The notes: generated by a model from the letters alone, not told the origin. Positions 38,900 to 52,335 are shown, numbered from the stretch's first letter. The stretch is 64,000 bases of DNA from Glaucostegus cemiculus (GCA_976551045.1 CDPCPM010000029.1:18228001-18292000), one strand, 5' to 3'. A program made the numbers and translations.

Positions 38900-41191
38900 C
38901 AACACACACAAAGTGCTGGAGGAATTCTGTGGGTCAGGCAGCATCTATGGAGGGAAATAAACAGTCAACTTTTCAGTTCAAGATCCTTCATCAGGTCTGG
39001 AAAGGAAGAAGGCCGAAGCCAGAATAAAAAGGTCGGGGAAGGGGGAGGAGCAAAAGCTGGCAGGTGATAGGTGAGTCCAGGTGAGAGGGGTGAAGGTGAA
39101 TGGCTTGGTCTGAAAGGGAATGATGTGAGAAGCTGGGAGGTGGCAGGTGGAAGAGGCAAAAGGCTGAAGAGAAAGGTATCTGATAGGAGAGGACAGTAGA
39201 CCATGGAATAAAGGGAAAGAGGTGGGGAAATGAGAGAAGGTGATTGGCAGGTTGTGAGGGTGGAGGAGGGGAAAGAGAAGGGATGAGGGAGGCACAGGAA
39301 TGAGGGAAAGAGGGAAAGACGTGAAGAGGGAAAAGGGAAACAGAGGGGAGGGGCTACTGGCAGTTAGAGAAGTTGATGCTGATGCCTTTAGGCTGGAAGC
39401 TACCAACGCAAAATATGAGGTGTTGCTCCTCCAACCTGCGTCTGGCCTCAGCGTGGCAGTAGAGGAGGACAGTATGGAAATAGAAAGTGGAATTGAAGCG
39501 GCTGGCCACCAGGGGATCCTGGCTATTGCAGCGGATGGAGAGAAGGTGTTCGATGAAGCGGTCCCACGATCTACGCACCTGGTGCTCCTGGTGCAGTCTC
39601 ACCAATGTAGAGGAGGCCACACCAGGAGCACCAGATGCAATAAATTACACCCTCAGATGCACAGGTGAAGCGCCAACTTCCATCCTGCCCTCAAATTCAC
39701 TTGGTCCGCCTCTGACACCTCTCTCGTCTTTCTTGATCTCTCTGGCCCATCTCCAGAGACAGATTAACCACCGACATCCTTTACAAACGCACCAACTCCC
39801 ACAGTTACCTTGACTACACCTCTTCCCAGCCTGTCACTTGTAAGGACACCATCCCCTTCTCTTAGTTCCTCCGCCTGCACTACGTCTGTTCTCATGATGA
39901 GGTTTTCCATTACAGGACATTGGAGGTGTCCTCTTTTTCCAGTAAACGGGGTTTCTCTTCCACCACCATCAATGCAGCCCTCACCCGCATCTCCTCCAAT
40001 TCCTGTACATCTGCCCTCACACCATCCACCCCTGCCATAACAGGGATAGGATTCCCCTTGTCCTCACCTACCACCCCACGAGCTTGCACATCCAACACAT
40101 CATTCTCCACAACTTCTGCCGTCTCCAACGGGATCCCACCACCAGGCACATCTCCTCCACCCCCCCCAACGCACCCTCCTCCCCCCCACCCAGCTCCCTG
40201 CAGAAAGCAGGGATCACTCTCTCTGGAACTCCCTTGTCCACTCGTCCCTCCCCACTGATCACCCTCCCGGCACTTATCCCTGCAACCGTGCAAAGTGTTA
40301 CACCTGCCCCTACACCTCCTCCCTCACCATCATTCAGAGTCCTAGACAGTTCTTCCAGGTGAGGCAGCGCTTCACCTGTGAATCCAAGGGTGTCACTGAT
40401 TGCATCTGGTGTATCCAGTGCAGCTTCCTCTACATTGGTGAGACCTGATGCAAATTGGGTGACTACTTCGTTGAGCACCTTCGCTCCATCTGCTGCAACA
40501 GCCAGGATCTCCCAGTGGCCAGCCACTTTAATTCCACTTCCCATTCCCATACTGACATATCTATCCACAGCCTCCTCTGCTGCCACGTTGAGGTCAGACG
40601 CAGGTTGGAGGAGCATCTTGGTAGTCTCCAACCTGATGGAATCAACGTCAATTCTAACTTCTGGTGAACCCTCCCTTCAGTTTTCCCCTTTTTACCCCTC
40701 CACCCTCTTTGTTTTCCTTCTTTTTCCTCATTCCTGTGGCTCCCTCACCCCTTCTCTTTCCCCTCCCCTGCCATTACGACCTGCCCTAACATCCCTCCTA
40801 TTCCCCACCTCCTTCCCCTTATTCCATGGTCTACTATCTTCTACCAGATTCCTTCCTCTTCTACTAGATTCCTTCTTCTTCAGACCTTTGCCTCTTCCAC
40901 CTATCACCTCCCAGCTTCTCACATCATTCCCTTTCACCTCCCCTCCACCTACCTATCTTCTCCCTCTCACCTGAACTCACCTATCACCTGCCAGCTTGTG
41001 CTCCTTCCCCTCCAAACTACCTTTTATTCTGGCTTCTGCCTTTTTCCTTTGCATTTCTGATAAAGGGTCTTGACCTGAAAATATCGACTGTTTATTTCTC
41101 TCCATAGATGCTGCGTGATCTGCTGAGTTCCATGAGCATTTTGTGTGTGTTGTCTCAGATTTCAGCATCTGCAGAATTTCTTGTGTCTCCC
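38900..41191 (+). mobile_element. Penelope-like retroelement (5'-truncated RT and GIY-YIG) with an inverted arm
   Basis: 39673-40660 (+): NFHPALKFTWS...YKRTNSHSYLDYTSSQP..CKDTIPFS*FLRL (RT thumb) and FTCESKGVTDCIWCIQCSFLYIGET*CKLGDYFVEHLRSI...PVASHFNSTSHS...LGSLQPDGIN (GIY-YIG). 38900-39672 is an inverted copy of about 40368-41152. Degenerate TSD tttcaatatggag (38887-38899) / ttccaacatggag (41192-41204). Confidence 0.9.
38962..38999 (-). ncRNA. Putative minimal type I hammerhead ribozyme motif
   Basis: cagac-CTGATGA-aggatcttgaact-GAAA-agtt-gactg: core intact, stem I 4/5 paired, stem II weak; activity unproven. Confidence 0.55.
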
Positions 41192-41771
41192 TTCCAACAT
41201 GGAGACCTACATGGGAACGATTATCCCCTTTGTATTTTACTTACATTGGCTCAATCAGCCTCTTTCTGAGCTGTGATTTCTATTGTTTATAAGTATACTT
41301 GCAATTTTGTTTAGAAAAAGAGGAACAACAATTATACTGATTAAGCTGTCTGATATCGAGATCAAATCTTCTGATGAAAGGTTTCACAGTCCCCAGTATA
41401 GAAGTCAGAAAATCCCATTCAGAGTACACCAGTCTTTCTCTTCATGTCACCTGGCCTGATTCACAACAGGATGTGAATTCCTTGTATCAGAGGCATAGAC
41501 ACAAGAAGAAGGAAACCATGAATGAGAAAAAACACAACTTTTCACTGCACACTGACCATGTTTAATGTGTTCAATAACTTAGTGCACTTCAAAATTATAA
41601 GGAAAAAAGTCATTGATTTCAAAATGAAATCAGGTCAAGCTCTGAATTTTTATTTGTGTTTATTGCCCAACACCAGGTTTTTCTCCAAGGAAAGTATTGG
41701 AGCTCAGTGGTCAGTTTATACTTGTTGCTTTAAACGTCTTAGAGCAGACCCATGCACTTCCAATCAGTTTA

Positions 41772-42057
41772 TAAGATACGATCTTTATTAGTCACTTGTA
41801 CATCGAAACACACAGTGAAATACATCTTTTGTGTAGTGATTTTGGGGGGCAGCCCACAAGTGTCGCCACAGTTCTGGTGCCAACATAGCATCCTAACCTG
41901 TACGTCTTTGAAATGTGGGAGGAAATCAGAGCGCCTGGAGGAAATCCACACAAACACAGGGAGAACGTACAAACTCCTTACAGACAGTGCCCAGATTTGA
42001 ACCTGGGTCACTGGCACTGTAAAGCATTGCGCTAACCACTATGCTACTGTGCCGTCC
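41772..42057 (-). mobile_element. V-domain tRNA SINE with Rex1-like 3' tail
   Basis: Reverse-complement copy of 10250-10546, with head ggcacagtagcatagtggttagcgcaatgctttacagtgccagtgacccaggttcaaatc. Confidence 0.88.
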
Positions 42058-42624
42058 TTATTTAAATGAATCTAAAAGACTAAATATTAAACAAGTGGCA
42101 ATGTTCGATACATGCTGTCAGAGGTGACTTGAACTGGAAGGTTTGAGTTCACCCACAGCACAGATTGAACTATGAGATCCAGAGTTTAGAAGATTGATGT
42201 TATCATCATTGGGCACTCTTGGATCACCTTGCATTGCTCAAAGGTAAAGCCATCATTAACTGAACACTGAAGATAACTTCTAAGGTCAGGTAGAGACGCA
42301 CAGATATCCTTTGTTAGGCTGGATATATCAGATAAGTAAAACTCCAAATGACATTTGGAATTAAGCCAGACAATGGACCTCTATTGCATAAGTTGACTTG
42401 TTTACTCGTAAAAGGAATACCCTTGTTGTTTTCTGATTTAATTACTGGCGATGAACTACCTAGCTTGAATTTCTTCATGCAATAGGGAAATTTATCAGGG
42501 CTTTGTAGACAGGAACAGAATAAGTGTTGAAACCATATTCCTTATATGGCATCTGCAATTCCTGTTGGTAGCAAACTGTGATGGCAGAGAGGTTCCGATG
42601 TTGAAGGTTTCTGCAACTGGGCTA

Positions 42625-42930
42625 TAGAACAGTAGAGCACAGGATCAGGCCTTTCATCCTATGATATCTGCACCGAATACAATGCCGAATTAAACTTAAT
42701 TTCTTCTGCCTGTACATGATCCATATCCTTCCATCCCCTGCATATTCACATGTCTAACAGCTTCTCAAACACCACAAATCACCACCACTATCCTTGGCAG
42801 TTCATTCCAAGTATCTGCCAATCTCTTTGTAAAAAAATTGGCCCAACACATCTCCTTTAAACTTCCCCCCTCTCACCTTAAATGCATGTCTTCTAGTATT
42901 TGAACTTTAAATGCATGACCTCTATTATTT
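42625..42930 (-). mobile_element. CR1 3' fragment
   Basis: atagaacagtagagcacaggatcaggcc...catatccttccatcccctgcatattc...ggcagttcattcca...cacatctcctttaaacttcccccctctcaccttaaatgcatg. Confidence 0.75.
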
Positions 42931-45786
42931 GAGATAAACACACATCTGAATTACTCTAGTTCATTGAAATTCTATTCACTATATGTAAAACAAGACATGC
43001 TAAAAATCCAGGTAGCTTATTATTACATAACAAGGAAGTTTTAACTATTAATTCATTTCTATTCCTTGTACAAGACATAGGTATTTAGGCAATATGTGGA
43101 TCTTATATAAGAGTAAAGTTGGTTAGATAACTTCAAAAAATTAATGGATTCCAAAAGCTATTGTTGAAGTTGCTTAATATCACAAATATTTTGTTTGGAT
43201 CCTTTTGAAAGCAGCATCATTTTGTTTCTCCTTGGCATTGATATACTTCAAATACTCTAGTTTGAGTAGGAATGCAACTGCAAATGTAAGCTTGGCTAGC
43301 AAACCATAAAATAACCACATTTTAGACAATGCAATTTAATAAAAATACCCACCTAAAGTATTACAGCAATAACAATATCTACATAACACCCTTACTGTAG
43401 AAAATTACCTCCTGGGGCTTCAGAGAAACAAAATGAAGCAAAAATTGATCCTGAGACATAGAAGTAATTAAATTAAATGATCAAAAGTCACATTAAAGAG
43501 GTGAGAATTGCAAAGGGGGATAAAGAGTTGGAGCTGTGGAGGGGCTTAGGAAGAACATGGCAGAGCTATGGGGCATTTAACATTTAACGAATAACAAAAG
43601 AACATTTAACAATACTGGAATGAAATGAGGGACTGGAGCCAGATAAACAGAGTGCTGAAAAGGAGCAAGAAAATGAAATTGTGGGGTTGGAAGATGTTAC
43701 AGAAGGGACTTAAACATAGAGGCAAAAAGGCTTAATTTGAGGCAAAAGGGAGTGGGAGTCAATGAGATTAGGTTGTTAGTTGAGTTTAGTGTAGGATCAG
43801 TTACAGTAGGGATTTGGATGAGCTAGAAATTGTTGCGTGTAAAAGACAAGAGGCCAGCCAGGAGATTATTGAGGTTACAGGACTTGGAAGCAACTAAGCC
43901 ATAGACGAGGGTTAATTTACCATATTGGCAATCCATTCATCAATTCAGAATATATATGTGTTTAACTTGGCCAAAACCTTTAGATGTAGAACAAATAGAA
44001 CAGTCAAATCTGGAAAATGAAATAGCCCAAGACCTCTGAGTTGCTGATACATTTCACATGTTGATACTGGCTGACTCACATAGAACTTGTGCCTTTATGA
44101 CATCTACAGGTGTGAAAATAAACAGGAACATCCTAACCTGGTGACATTCAGACTCCACTATCAGGTTTTCATGTACACAAAGAAAACCATCCATAATGAT
44201 ACATATTTTCACAAGTGAATCTCACTAGCTGGGTGGTAAGTGTTGTTTGGACAGACTGCCTCAACTATGACATTCATCATATTTCACTGTTAACAGTCTT
44301 TTATTTTTGGTACCACATGTTGATAGATCTTTCTTAATGCTGCAAGCTTGGCATCGATGAACATAGTCTCCACAGTGACCATGCCAAACAGTGTTTGTTT
44401 TGGCATGAAGTGTTGCTGAGTATTAAAACTGACATTGGTTGGTAAATTCTTACCAACATCATGAATAAATATATAAGCAAGATATTTTCTATTTATAGCA
44501 TTTCAGAATTTAGTTGCAGTCATCCGTGATGTTTTTAACTTCACAGCACAAGCTCTGATAACGTTAGCTGGGAAAGAAGTGCAAGACCATAGGCATGGAA
44601 ATCCTATCAAGCCTGGTAGAATAGGGCTGACAGATCTTGGTGTAAGGAAACACCTTCCCACTGGAAATCTGAAACAAAGAGAGAAAATGCTGGAAATACT
44701 CACCACCTGTGGGGAGAGAAACAGAGACAACATTGAGGGAATCAACTGTGGAGAGAGAAACAGAGGTCATGTTTCAAGACCTTTGCATCAGAACCCTCTG
44801 CAAAGCTCTGCCACACTCAAGTTGTCAGAAGAAGTCAGGTAGGTCCTGGGAAGGGCAGAGTATGAAGGGACAGACCTGGAGTCAGGGTTGTGAGCATTCA
44901 AGAACACTGGTGGAAGAGGATTCAGGGATGGAGTATGTTGGAGGAGGGGATGTCTCAGGAATTGAACATCAGGAGAAGATGCATTATGAAAATGAGCATT
45001 GGGTCACTGAAGAGCAGGGTATAGGCCATAGCTGAGACCTCAGAGGAATGGGCATCATATTCAAAGGCAGACCTACCCTATAAAACAACAGATGCCTTCA
45101 GCTCCATGGCAGGAGACCTAATAAATGCAACTCCCTTTAATCAGTGCCACGGCAGCTTTCAGCTCTCTGCTTATGGCCCGCTTTAGTGTGAGCAGTGTGT
45201 ATCACCCATGACCAATGAATGCAGTCTGAGGACCTGAATCAAATACATGCTTCCACAAAGGAGGTAGTAGGATTTAGCAGACTGGTTTTAGGAAAAGATT
45301 TAGTGGTATAATGCACCAGAATTTTGCACTGCTAAGAAGACCTTCTAATGCATGGAATCTCATTGGAATGATAATCCATATGTTTTAGTTCTGGGGATCT
45401 AGAGAGGTTGTTTAGTAATAATTATGGTTTAGGTCATTCCTGAATGCTGATACAACAAAACTGTTTTCACAGTAGTTTACAGTTAATATTATTTGCAAAT
45501 ACATGAAGTTTTCAATCAGATCACTGACTTTTGAAGAGAATGCTGGGAAAATTGCTAAATAGTTCTCCATATGAAGGAAAGGTAATGTTAGAGATTATTC
45601 AAGAGTTATAAAATTATATGGATAACAGGTATTGATTAAAATGCGGACCAGTCTTCAGGTAATATCTGTTCGCAATTCAAGTTACACTGACACTTTAAGG
45701 CCATCAAAAACAATGTCAGATGTGGGTTCTGATTCTGTACCATTGTAAATACACAGGGGAAGACAATAAATGAATGTTCATGTTAA

Positions 45787-45838
45787 CCTGCTGAGACAAT
45801 TGAACCTGTTGAGTTCCTCCAGCACCTTTTGTGTGTTT
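45787..45838 (+). mobile_element. Very short PLE-terminus insertion with exact 12-bp TSD
   Basis: TGTTCATGTTAA at 45775-45786 and 45839-45850 flanks cctgttgagttcctccagcaccttttgtgtgtt. Confidence 0.7.
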
Positions 45839-47204
45839 TGTTCATGTTAATTGGTGCTCATTGAAACCTTCATGATAAGATCAGGGAAGCCATTAATTGG
45901 CCTTCTCCTGTTTTAACTCATTGTTAAAGGCACATCCCTGCCACTTAATGCATAGTTCAGGATATGTCTGTTTTGTCACTGTTTGTATGTTCAGGGAGCC
46001 ATCTCTCAACACTGCAACAAAAGATGTGTATTTTGAGTGTCTGGAGTTTGTGTTTAGAAACTCTCAGACCAGCCACCAGTATTTGAATATTCAAAAGGGT
46101 TTCTACTAGTTGGGATATGCTCCCATTGTAAATATTCTGCAAACATTACCTGTCTGCATTCAAAATGTTAAAATTATGTAGGTAATTATAGCCGTTGAAA
46201 TATAGTTAATCGTTTACTGTTGTCTTTGTGTTTAAAAAATATAAAACATCACTGTACTGTTGTGTGTCCGGAGAGGAGAAATAGATTCTCCAGATCTGCT
46301 GTGTTGAGTAAAGAAAGGCCTTTTTATTTCTCTCAGCTAGTCTCTGTGTGACTCAGTTCAGCCATCACAACAAGGAATAACTAACAGCAGCTTCAGGATG
46401 TATTTGTTTTTAATGCTTAAAAGGATTCCAAAAGTCATTGTTAGATGCACAATGTGATGATGGTGAGGAATAATATTTTTGCCATTATTACTTCTGAAGA
46501 AGCTGAGTTATTCCTGTGCCTTTACCTAAAAATGTTCTTGTATTTCCTATCTTCTGTTACCGTGCAAGTAACTTATGTTGGTCCCCACCTGGTGGTCCTT
46601 AACATGATGTGTGTGTAATGTTAGAAACATATTTTTGTGACAGCAACCAAGTGTGTCCTGCAGGTATAGAAACTTGCAGCTAAAAACACTTAAAGATTAT
46701 CTGAACACTGTGCATGTTGTGCCAACATAGTTGTACAAAAGGTGAAACTAAACTTTATTTTATACACATTGTGTGGGCATAAATAAGCACAGTATGAGTA
46801 CTCTCAGACTGCTGGTCTTAGAGAGGAAAGATGTCTTTCACAATCTTTCCAGAACCCATTGATATGCCTTTATGTACAACACAATGCAAGCCTCCTTCAT
46901 TGCAATGCCACCGCAAAGTCAGCCAAACAAAAATCTAGATCCAAAACTGCAGTATATTTGAGCACAAGAATAACTTTAAGAGACAATACCTTATGCTATG
47001 ACTTTTGATAAATTATTGTATCAGCCACTGCTACTGGTTGAGAGTTGACTACCTTCAGTAAAGAATGTTTTGTCAGTAGCTCTATCACTGTTAGTTGTCT
47101 GAGTAAGCAGCAACACCAAAGAACCTATAGGCATAATATTGACAATTTTGGGATGTTTTTGAGAGAGCAGGACAGTAATCACGACTGGGGTTAGTAGAGC
47201 AGCA

Positions 47205-47560
47205 TTGATGACAGGCAGTGAGCATGGTTGTCCCATCAGCAAGATTGCTAAGTACAAGCAGTCACAACCATTTACCCTGTACATAACATGGATGGAAATG
47301 TTCCTGAGGGTAAATGATATTGTTGAAGTCCCAGAGGAAGAAACAGAACAGAGCAACGAGAAAAGGAAGGTGATGTCATTATTGGTAAGTGGACCCAGAG
47401 ATATTGGTGAGTCTACTGGCATCACAAACGCAGAAGCTTCTCCCATAAGAATAATATAAAAATCACAAAGGGACATTTTAATCCAATTCTTTCAGGGACC
47501 AGGAAAACAGTTGGAAAGCATGTAGTTAAACTGTAAGCACTTTCAAAAAGGTACAATTTC
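47205..47560 (+). pseudogene. Possible Gypsy gag N-terminal relic
   Basis: FTLYITWMEMFLRVNDIVEV...EKRKVMSLLVSGP resembles Gypsy gag 'W..Y.ERLE.FF.AN.I...EK++A.LL...GP'. Confidence 0.45.
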
Positions 47561-48018
47561 CAGATCTTTTGGGATGAAGCATTGCAGGATTTCTTAATGT
47601 GCAAACTACCAGGTGAAACCATTTGGTGCACTGGACCTAATCTATGAGGAAGCATGCAGAATAGTCAATAGAATGGAGATAGCATTTAAAAACATGACAA
47701 AGCTTCACCCAGGGCACAGTTCCAAGGTCCAAGCTGTGAATAAGCCGACAGTGATGGTGATAGCAGTGTGGTGTTCACGACCAGTCAGTTGCATGAGTGC
47801 AAATGGCAAGAAGGTTGCATATGGGTGCAAAAGGCAGGAGCACTTGCCATGGATGCTATTGGGAGCACCCAGCCTCAGAATGCCCTTCCATAATGGTCTG
47901 GCCCTGTAATTTTCACAGGGGCTGCAAGTTCCTGAAGAAAGCATCCACCAGCAAAGACAGTTGACCCCATTTGCCTCACATGCAAAAGGGCAAGGATATA
48001 GAACAATCTCAATGCATA

Positions 48019-48079
48019 ACACACACACACACACACACACACACGCACGCACGCGCGCACGCACGCATACACACACACA
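48019..48079. repeat. Compound (CA)n/(CACG)n microsatellite
   Basis: Directly visible alternating purine-pyrimidine tract. Confidence 0.95.
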
Positions 48080-48109
48080 GAGTGGAATCACTGACAAAGG
48101 GGTGGAAGG

Positions 48110-50534
48110 AACTCAAGGTCAAAGTCGAGTTTATTGTCACTTGAACAAGTACATGTATGCACATGTGCAATGAAAAGCTTGCTTGCTTGCAGCAGCAGCA
48201 TCCATCACAGACATATAGCATAATATAAGAGCATTCACAAGAAAAACAAATTAAACATCAATTATGCACAATATTTACAAGAAAAAAGCACAATTAGAAC
48301 AAAAAAAGTCCATTTTAGTACAAAGTGATCAGAGTAGTCACAGTGTTGCTAAACTGTAGTGGTGATTTGGATTTTGCCAGTTGGTTCTAGAACTGAATTG
48401 TTGAAGGGAAGTAGCCGTTCTTGAACCTGACGGTGTGGGACTTAAAGCTTCTGTAGCTCCTGCCTGATGGTAACTGTGAGAAGACGGCATGGCTCGGATG
48501 GTGGATGTTGCCTTGTTGAGGCAGCGTCTCCCGTAGATACTACCAATGGTGGGGAGGGATGTGCCCGAGATGTATTGAGCAGAGCCCCCTACTCTCTGCA
48601 GCATTTGAGATGTTGTACCAGACCATGAAGCAACCAGTCAGGATACTTTCAACAGTGCATCTGTAGAAGTTTGTTAGAGTGTTCGGTGACAATCTGAACC
48701 TCCTTAACCTACTAAGAAAGTAAAGACTCTGGTGTGCTTTCTTTATGTTTGCATCTATGTGCTAGGCCCAGCACAGGTCATCCCATTTGTTAACGCCCAG
48801 GAATTTAACAATGCTGTCTCTATCCACCGCCGATCCCTCAACGCAGACTGGTGCATGTTCACCCTCCTTCCCCTTCCTGAAGTCAACAATCAGCTCTTTA
48901 GTTCTGCTGACATTGAGCGAGAGGTTGTTGTTGTGGCACCACTCAACCAGGTGTCCTATCTCGCTCCGGTAAGCTGACTCATCACCACCTGTGATCCGTC
49001 CAACAACAGTAGTGTCATCAGTGAATTTGAAGATGGCATTGGAGCTGTGCTTGACCGTACAGTCATGTGTGTATAGAAAGCAGAGCAGGGGTTGAGGTGC
49101 ACCTGGGTTGATGAGCAGTGAGGAGGAGATGTTACCAATCCTCACTGACTGAGGTCTGCCAATGAAGAAGTCGAGTATCCAGTTACAGAGGGAGGTACAG
49201 AGGCCCTTGTCTTGAAGACTGATGGCGAGTTTGGATGGGACGTTTGTTTTGAATGCCGAGCTGCAGTCTATGAACAGCAGCCTGACATATGAATTTCTAT
49301 AGTCCAAATGTTCCAGAGCAGAGGGAAGAACCAGAGAAATCGTATCTGCCATTGACCTGTTATGGTAGTAGGCAAATTGGTGCAGATCTAGGTCATCTCT
49401 GAGGCAGGAGTTGATTTGCACCATAACCAACCTCTTGAAACACTTCAATATGGTTGATGTAAGCATTACTGGACGGTAGTCATTGAGGCAGGTCACCACT
49501 CTCTCCTTGGGCACCGGTATGATAGATACCTCTTTGAAGCAGATGGGAACCTCAGAACACAGAAGCATGAGGTTGAATATGTCTTTAAATGCTCCAGCCA
49601 GTTGGTCCACACAGATCTTTAGCACTCAGCCAGGAACACCGTCTGGACCAGATGCCTTTTGTGGATCCACACTCTTGAAGGATGCCCAGACATTGACCTC
49701 AGAGATTGAAATTACAGATCATCCAGAGATGTGTGGGCTCATGTGGGTGTGTCATATTCCTCTCTATCAAAGTGTGCGTAAAAGGCATTGAGCTTATCCA
49801 GGAGTGATGGGTCATTGCCACTTATATTACCCAATCTCACCTTGTAGGAAGTTATATTGTGCAAAGCCCTGCCATAGCTGTCGAGAGTCCAACTGTAATT
49901 CTAATTTAGTCTGAAATTGCCTCTTTGCACTCATAATGGCCTTCCGGAGATTGTACCTGGACCTCTTATATGATTCTGGGCCACAGGTCCTAAATGCCAC
50001 AGACCTAGCCTTCAGCTGATTACAAATCTCCTGGTTCATCCAGGGCTTCTGGTCAGGGAAGACTAGGAATGTTTTGTGGGTACACACTCGTCCACGCTTG
50101 TCCTCATAGTTGGTGATGACTGTGGCATATAAATTTAGGTCTGCTGATGCATCCTTGAACACAGTCCAGTCTATTAACTCAAAGCAATCCTGAATTTGCT
50201 CCTCCGCCTCTGCCGCCCAGCTCTTCGTAGTCCTCTTCACTGGTGCCATGCTCTTTTTCTGACTAAACACAGCCAGGTGGTCGGATTTACCAAACTACAG
50301 GTGAGGGATGGAGCGGTAGGCGTTCTTGATGGTGGTACAGCAGTGGTCCAGTGTGTTAAGTCCTCTAGTGTTGCAGATGGTATGTTGATAGTAGATAGGC
50401 AGAGACTTCTTCAAGCTGGCCTGATTAAAGTCTCCTGCCATGATGTGACAGGCGTCGAAGCACGCCGCTTCATTCTTATTGATTACAGCACTTAGTTCCT
50501 CAAGTGTTAGCTTGATGTCTGCATGAGGTGAGAT
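48110..50534 (-). mobile_element. Rex1/Babar LINE (endonuclease end, RT, 3' UTR), decayed
   Basis: ORF 48762-49625 (LKICVDQLAGAFKDIFNL...CLNDYRPVMLTS..LKCFKRLV...HQFAY...VRLLFIDCSSAF...KFTDDTTVVG); ORF 49827-50270; AGDFNQASLKKSL near 50400-50440. Confidence 0.92.
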
Positions 50535-52165
50535 AGAACCTTACCTTACCTTACCTTACAGCACAAAACAGGCCCTTTGGCCCACCAAGTTGTGCCGTCC
50601 TTCAAACATCTCACAATCTAACTCTTTCCTCCCACATATCCTACTATTCCACATTCTTCCATGTGCCTATCTAACAATCTCTTGAACCTGTCCATCGTAT
50701 CTGCCTCTACTACCACCCCAGGCAATGCATTCCATGCGCCAACCACTCTCTGGGTGAAAAACTTCCCTCTGACATCTCCCCTAAACTTTCCACCCAATAT
50801 CTTATAGCCATGCCCTCTCGAATTGTGCATCTGCGCTCTGGGAATGAGGCGCTGGCTATCAACTCTATCTATTCCTCTCAATATCTTATACACCTCTATC
50901 AAGTCCCCTCTCATCCTCCTCCTCTCCAATGAGTAGAGCCCTAGCACCTTAAGCCTCTCCTCATATTCCATACCCTCTAATCCAGGCATCATCCTGGTAA
51001 ATTGCCTCTGTACCCTCTCCAACGCCTCCACATCCTTCCTATAATGCGGCGACCAGAACTGAACACAATACTCTAAGTGCGGCCTAACTTGAGTTTTATA
51101 AAGCAGCATCATCACCTCTCTGCTCTTGAACTCAATCCCTTTATTTATAAAAGCTAACATCCCATAAGCCTTCTTAACTGCCCTATCCACCTGCGAGGCA
51201 ACTTTGAGTGAACTGTGGATATAAACCCCAGATCCCTCTGCTCCTCTACACTGCCAAGTACCTTGCCATTTACCTCATACTCTGCCCTGGAGTTTGTCCT
51301 ACCAAAGTGCACCACCTCACACTTCTCCGGATTAAACTCCATCTGCCACCTGTCCGCCCAGCTCTGCATCCTATCAATATCCCTCTGTAAGCTCCTACAG
51401 TCCTCCACACTATCTACCACACCACCGATCTTGGTGTCATCTGCAAACTTACCAACTCATCCTTCCACTCCTTCATCTAAGTCATCTATAAATATAACAA
51501 AGAGTAGAGGCCCCAGAACCGATCCCTGCGGGACACCACTAGTCACAGCCCTCCAATCCGAGGGCACTCCCTCCACCACAATCCTCTGCTTTCTACAGGA
51601 AAGCCAATTCCTGATCCACACAGCCAACCTCCCCTGGATGCCTCGACCTCTGACCTTTTGAAGAAGCCTGCCATGAGGAACCTTATCGAACAACTTACTA
51701 AAATCCATATAGACTACATCCATGGCACTGCCCTCATCAAGCTTCCTCGTCACCTCCTCAAAGAATTCTATCAGGCTCGTGAGGCAAGATCTTCCCTTCA
51801 CAAAGCCATGCTGACTGTCTCTAATCAGTCCGTGACTCTCCAGGTGCTCATAGATCCCATCCCTCAGAATCCTTTCTAACAGCTTACCCACCACAGACGT
51901 GAGACTCACTAGTCTGTAATTTCCCGGACTATCCCTACTACCTTTCTTAAACAAGGGAACGACATCCGCTACCTGCCAATCCTCCGGCACCATCCCCGTG
52001 GACAACGAGGACTCAAAGATCCTCACCAGTGGATCAACAATCTCCTCCCTCGCCTCTTGAAGCAGCCTGGGGAATATTCCGTCAGGCCCCGGAGACTTAT
52101 CCGTCTTGATATTACTTAACAATTTCAACACCTCCTCCCTCTCAATAGCTACATACTCAGTCTCA
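50535..52165 (-). mobile_element. Relatively young 5'-truncated CR1 LINE inserted in the Rex1 element
   Basis: Near-intact RT and C-terminus ([13 protein letters not shown]...[15 protein letters not shown]...[13 protein letters not shown]...KFADDTKIGG...FKRLLDRHM) with one nonsense change (51457) and one frameshift (about 51225); (GTAAG)n tail; AGAT on both flanks. Confidence 0.95.
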
Positions 52166-52335
52166 AGATGTAGACTACAGTCAGGATGATGGCAGAGAAC
52201 TCCCGTGGAGGATAGAACGGTCGACACTTCGCTGCTAGGTGTTCCATAGTTGGGAGAGCAGGAATAGAACAAGATTGCCATATCCGTGCACCACGACAGG
52301 TTTATCATAAAGCAGACGCTGCCGCCTTTTCACTT
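52166..52335 (-). mobile_element. 5' continuation of the Rex1/Babar element (endonuclease)
   Basis: [16 protein letters not shown]...[21 protein letters not shown] joins SPHADIKLTLEEL on the far side of the CR1 insert. Confidence 0.85.

Noticed and set aside
39810-40974. Several overlapping 70-198 aa Pro/Ser- or Gly-rich ORFs
   Set aside because: They are alternative-frame or antisense readings of the Penelope-like element and its pyrimidine-rich 3' region.
48762-49625. 287-aa ORF as a functional reverse transcriptase gene
   Set aside because: It is a Rex1 RT with degenerate or deleted motifs (PQG..LSP shortened, FTDD) and broken flanking frames.
51457-52308. 283-aa ORF as a novel fusion protein
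   Set aside because: It is a chance read-through from a Rex1 endonuclease fragment into an inserted CR1 RT, and it ends in a nonsense mutation before the catalytic FADD motif.
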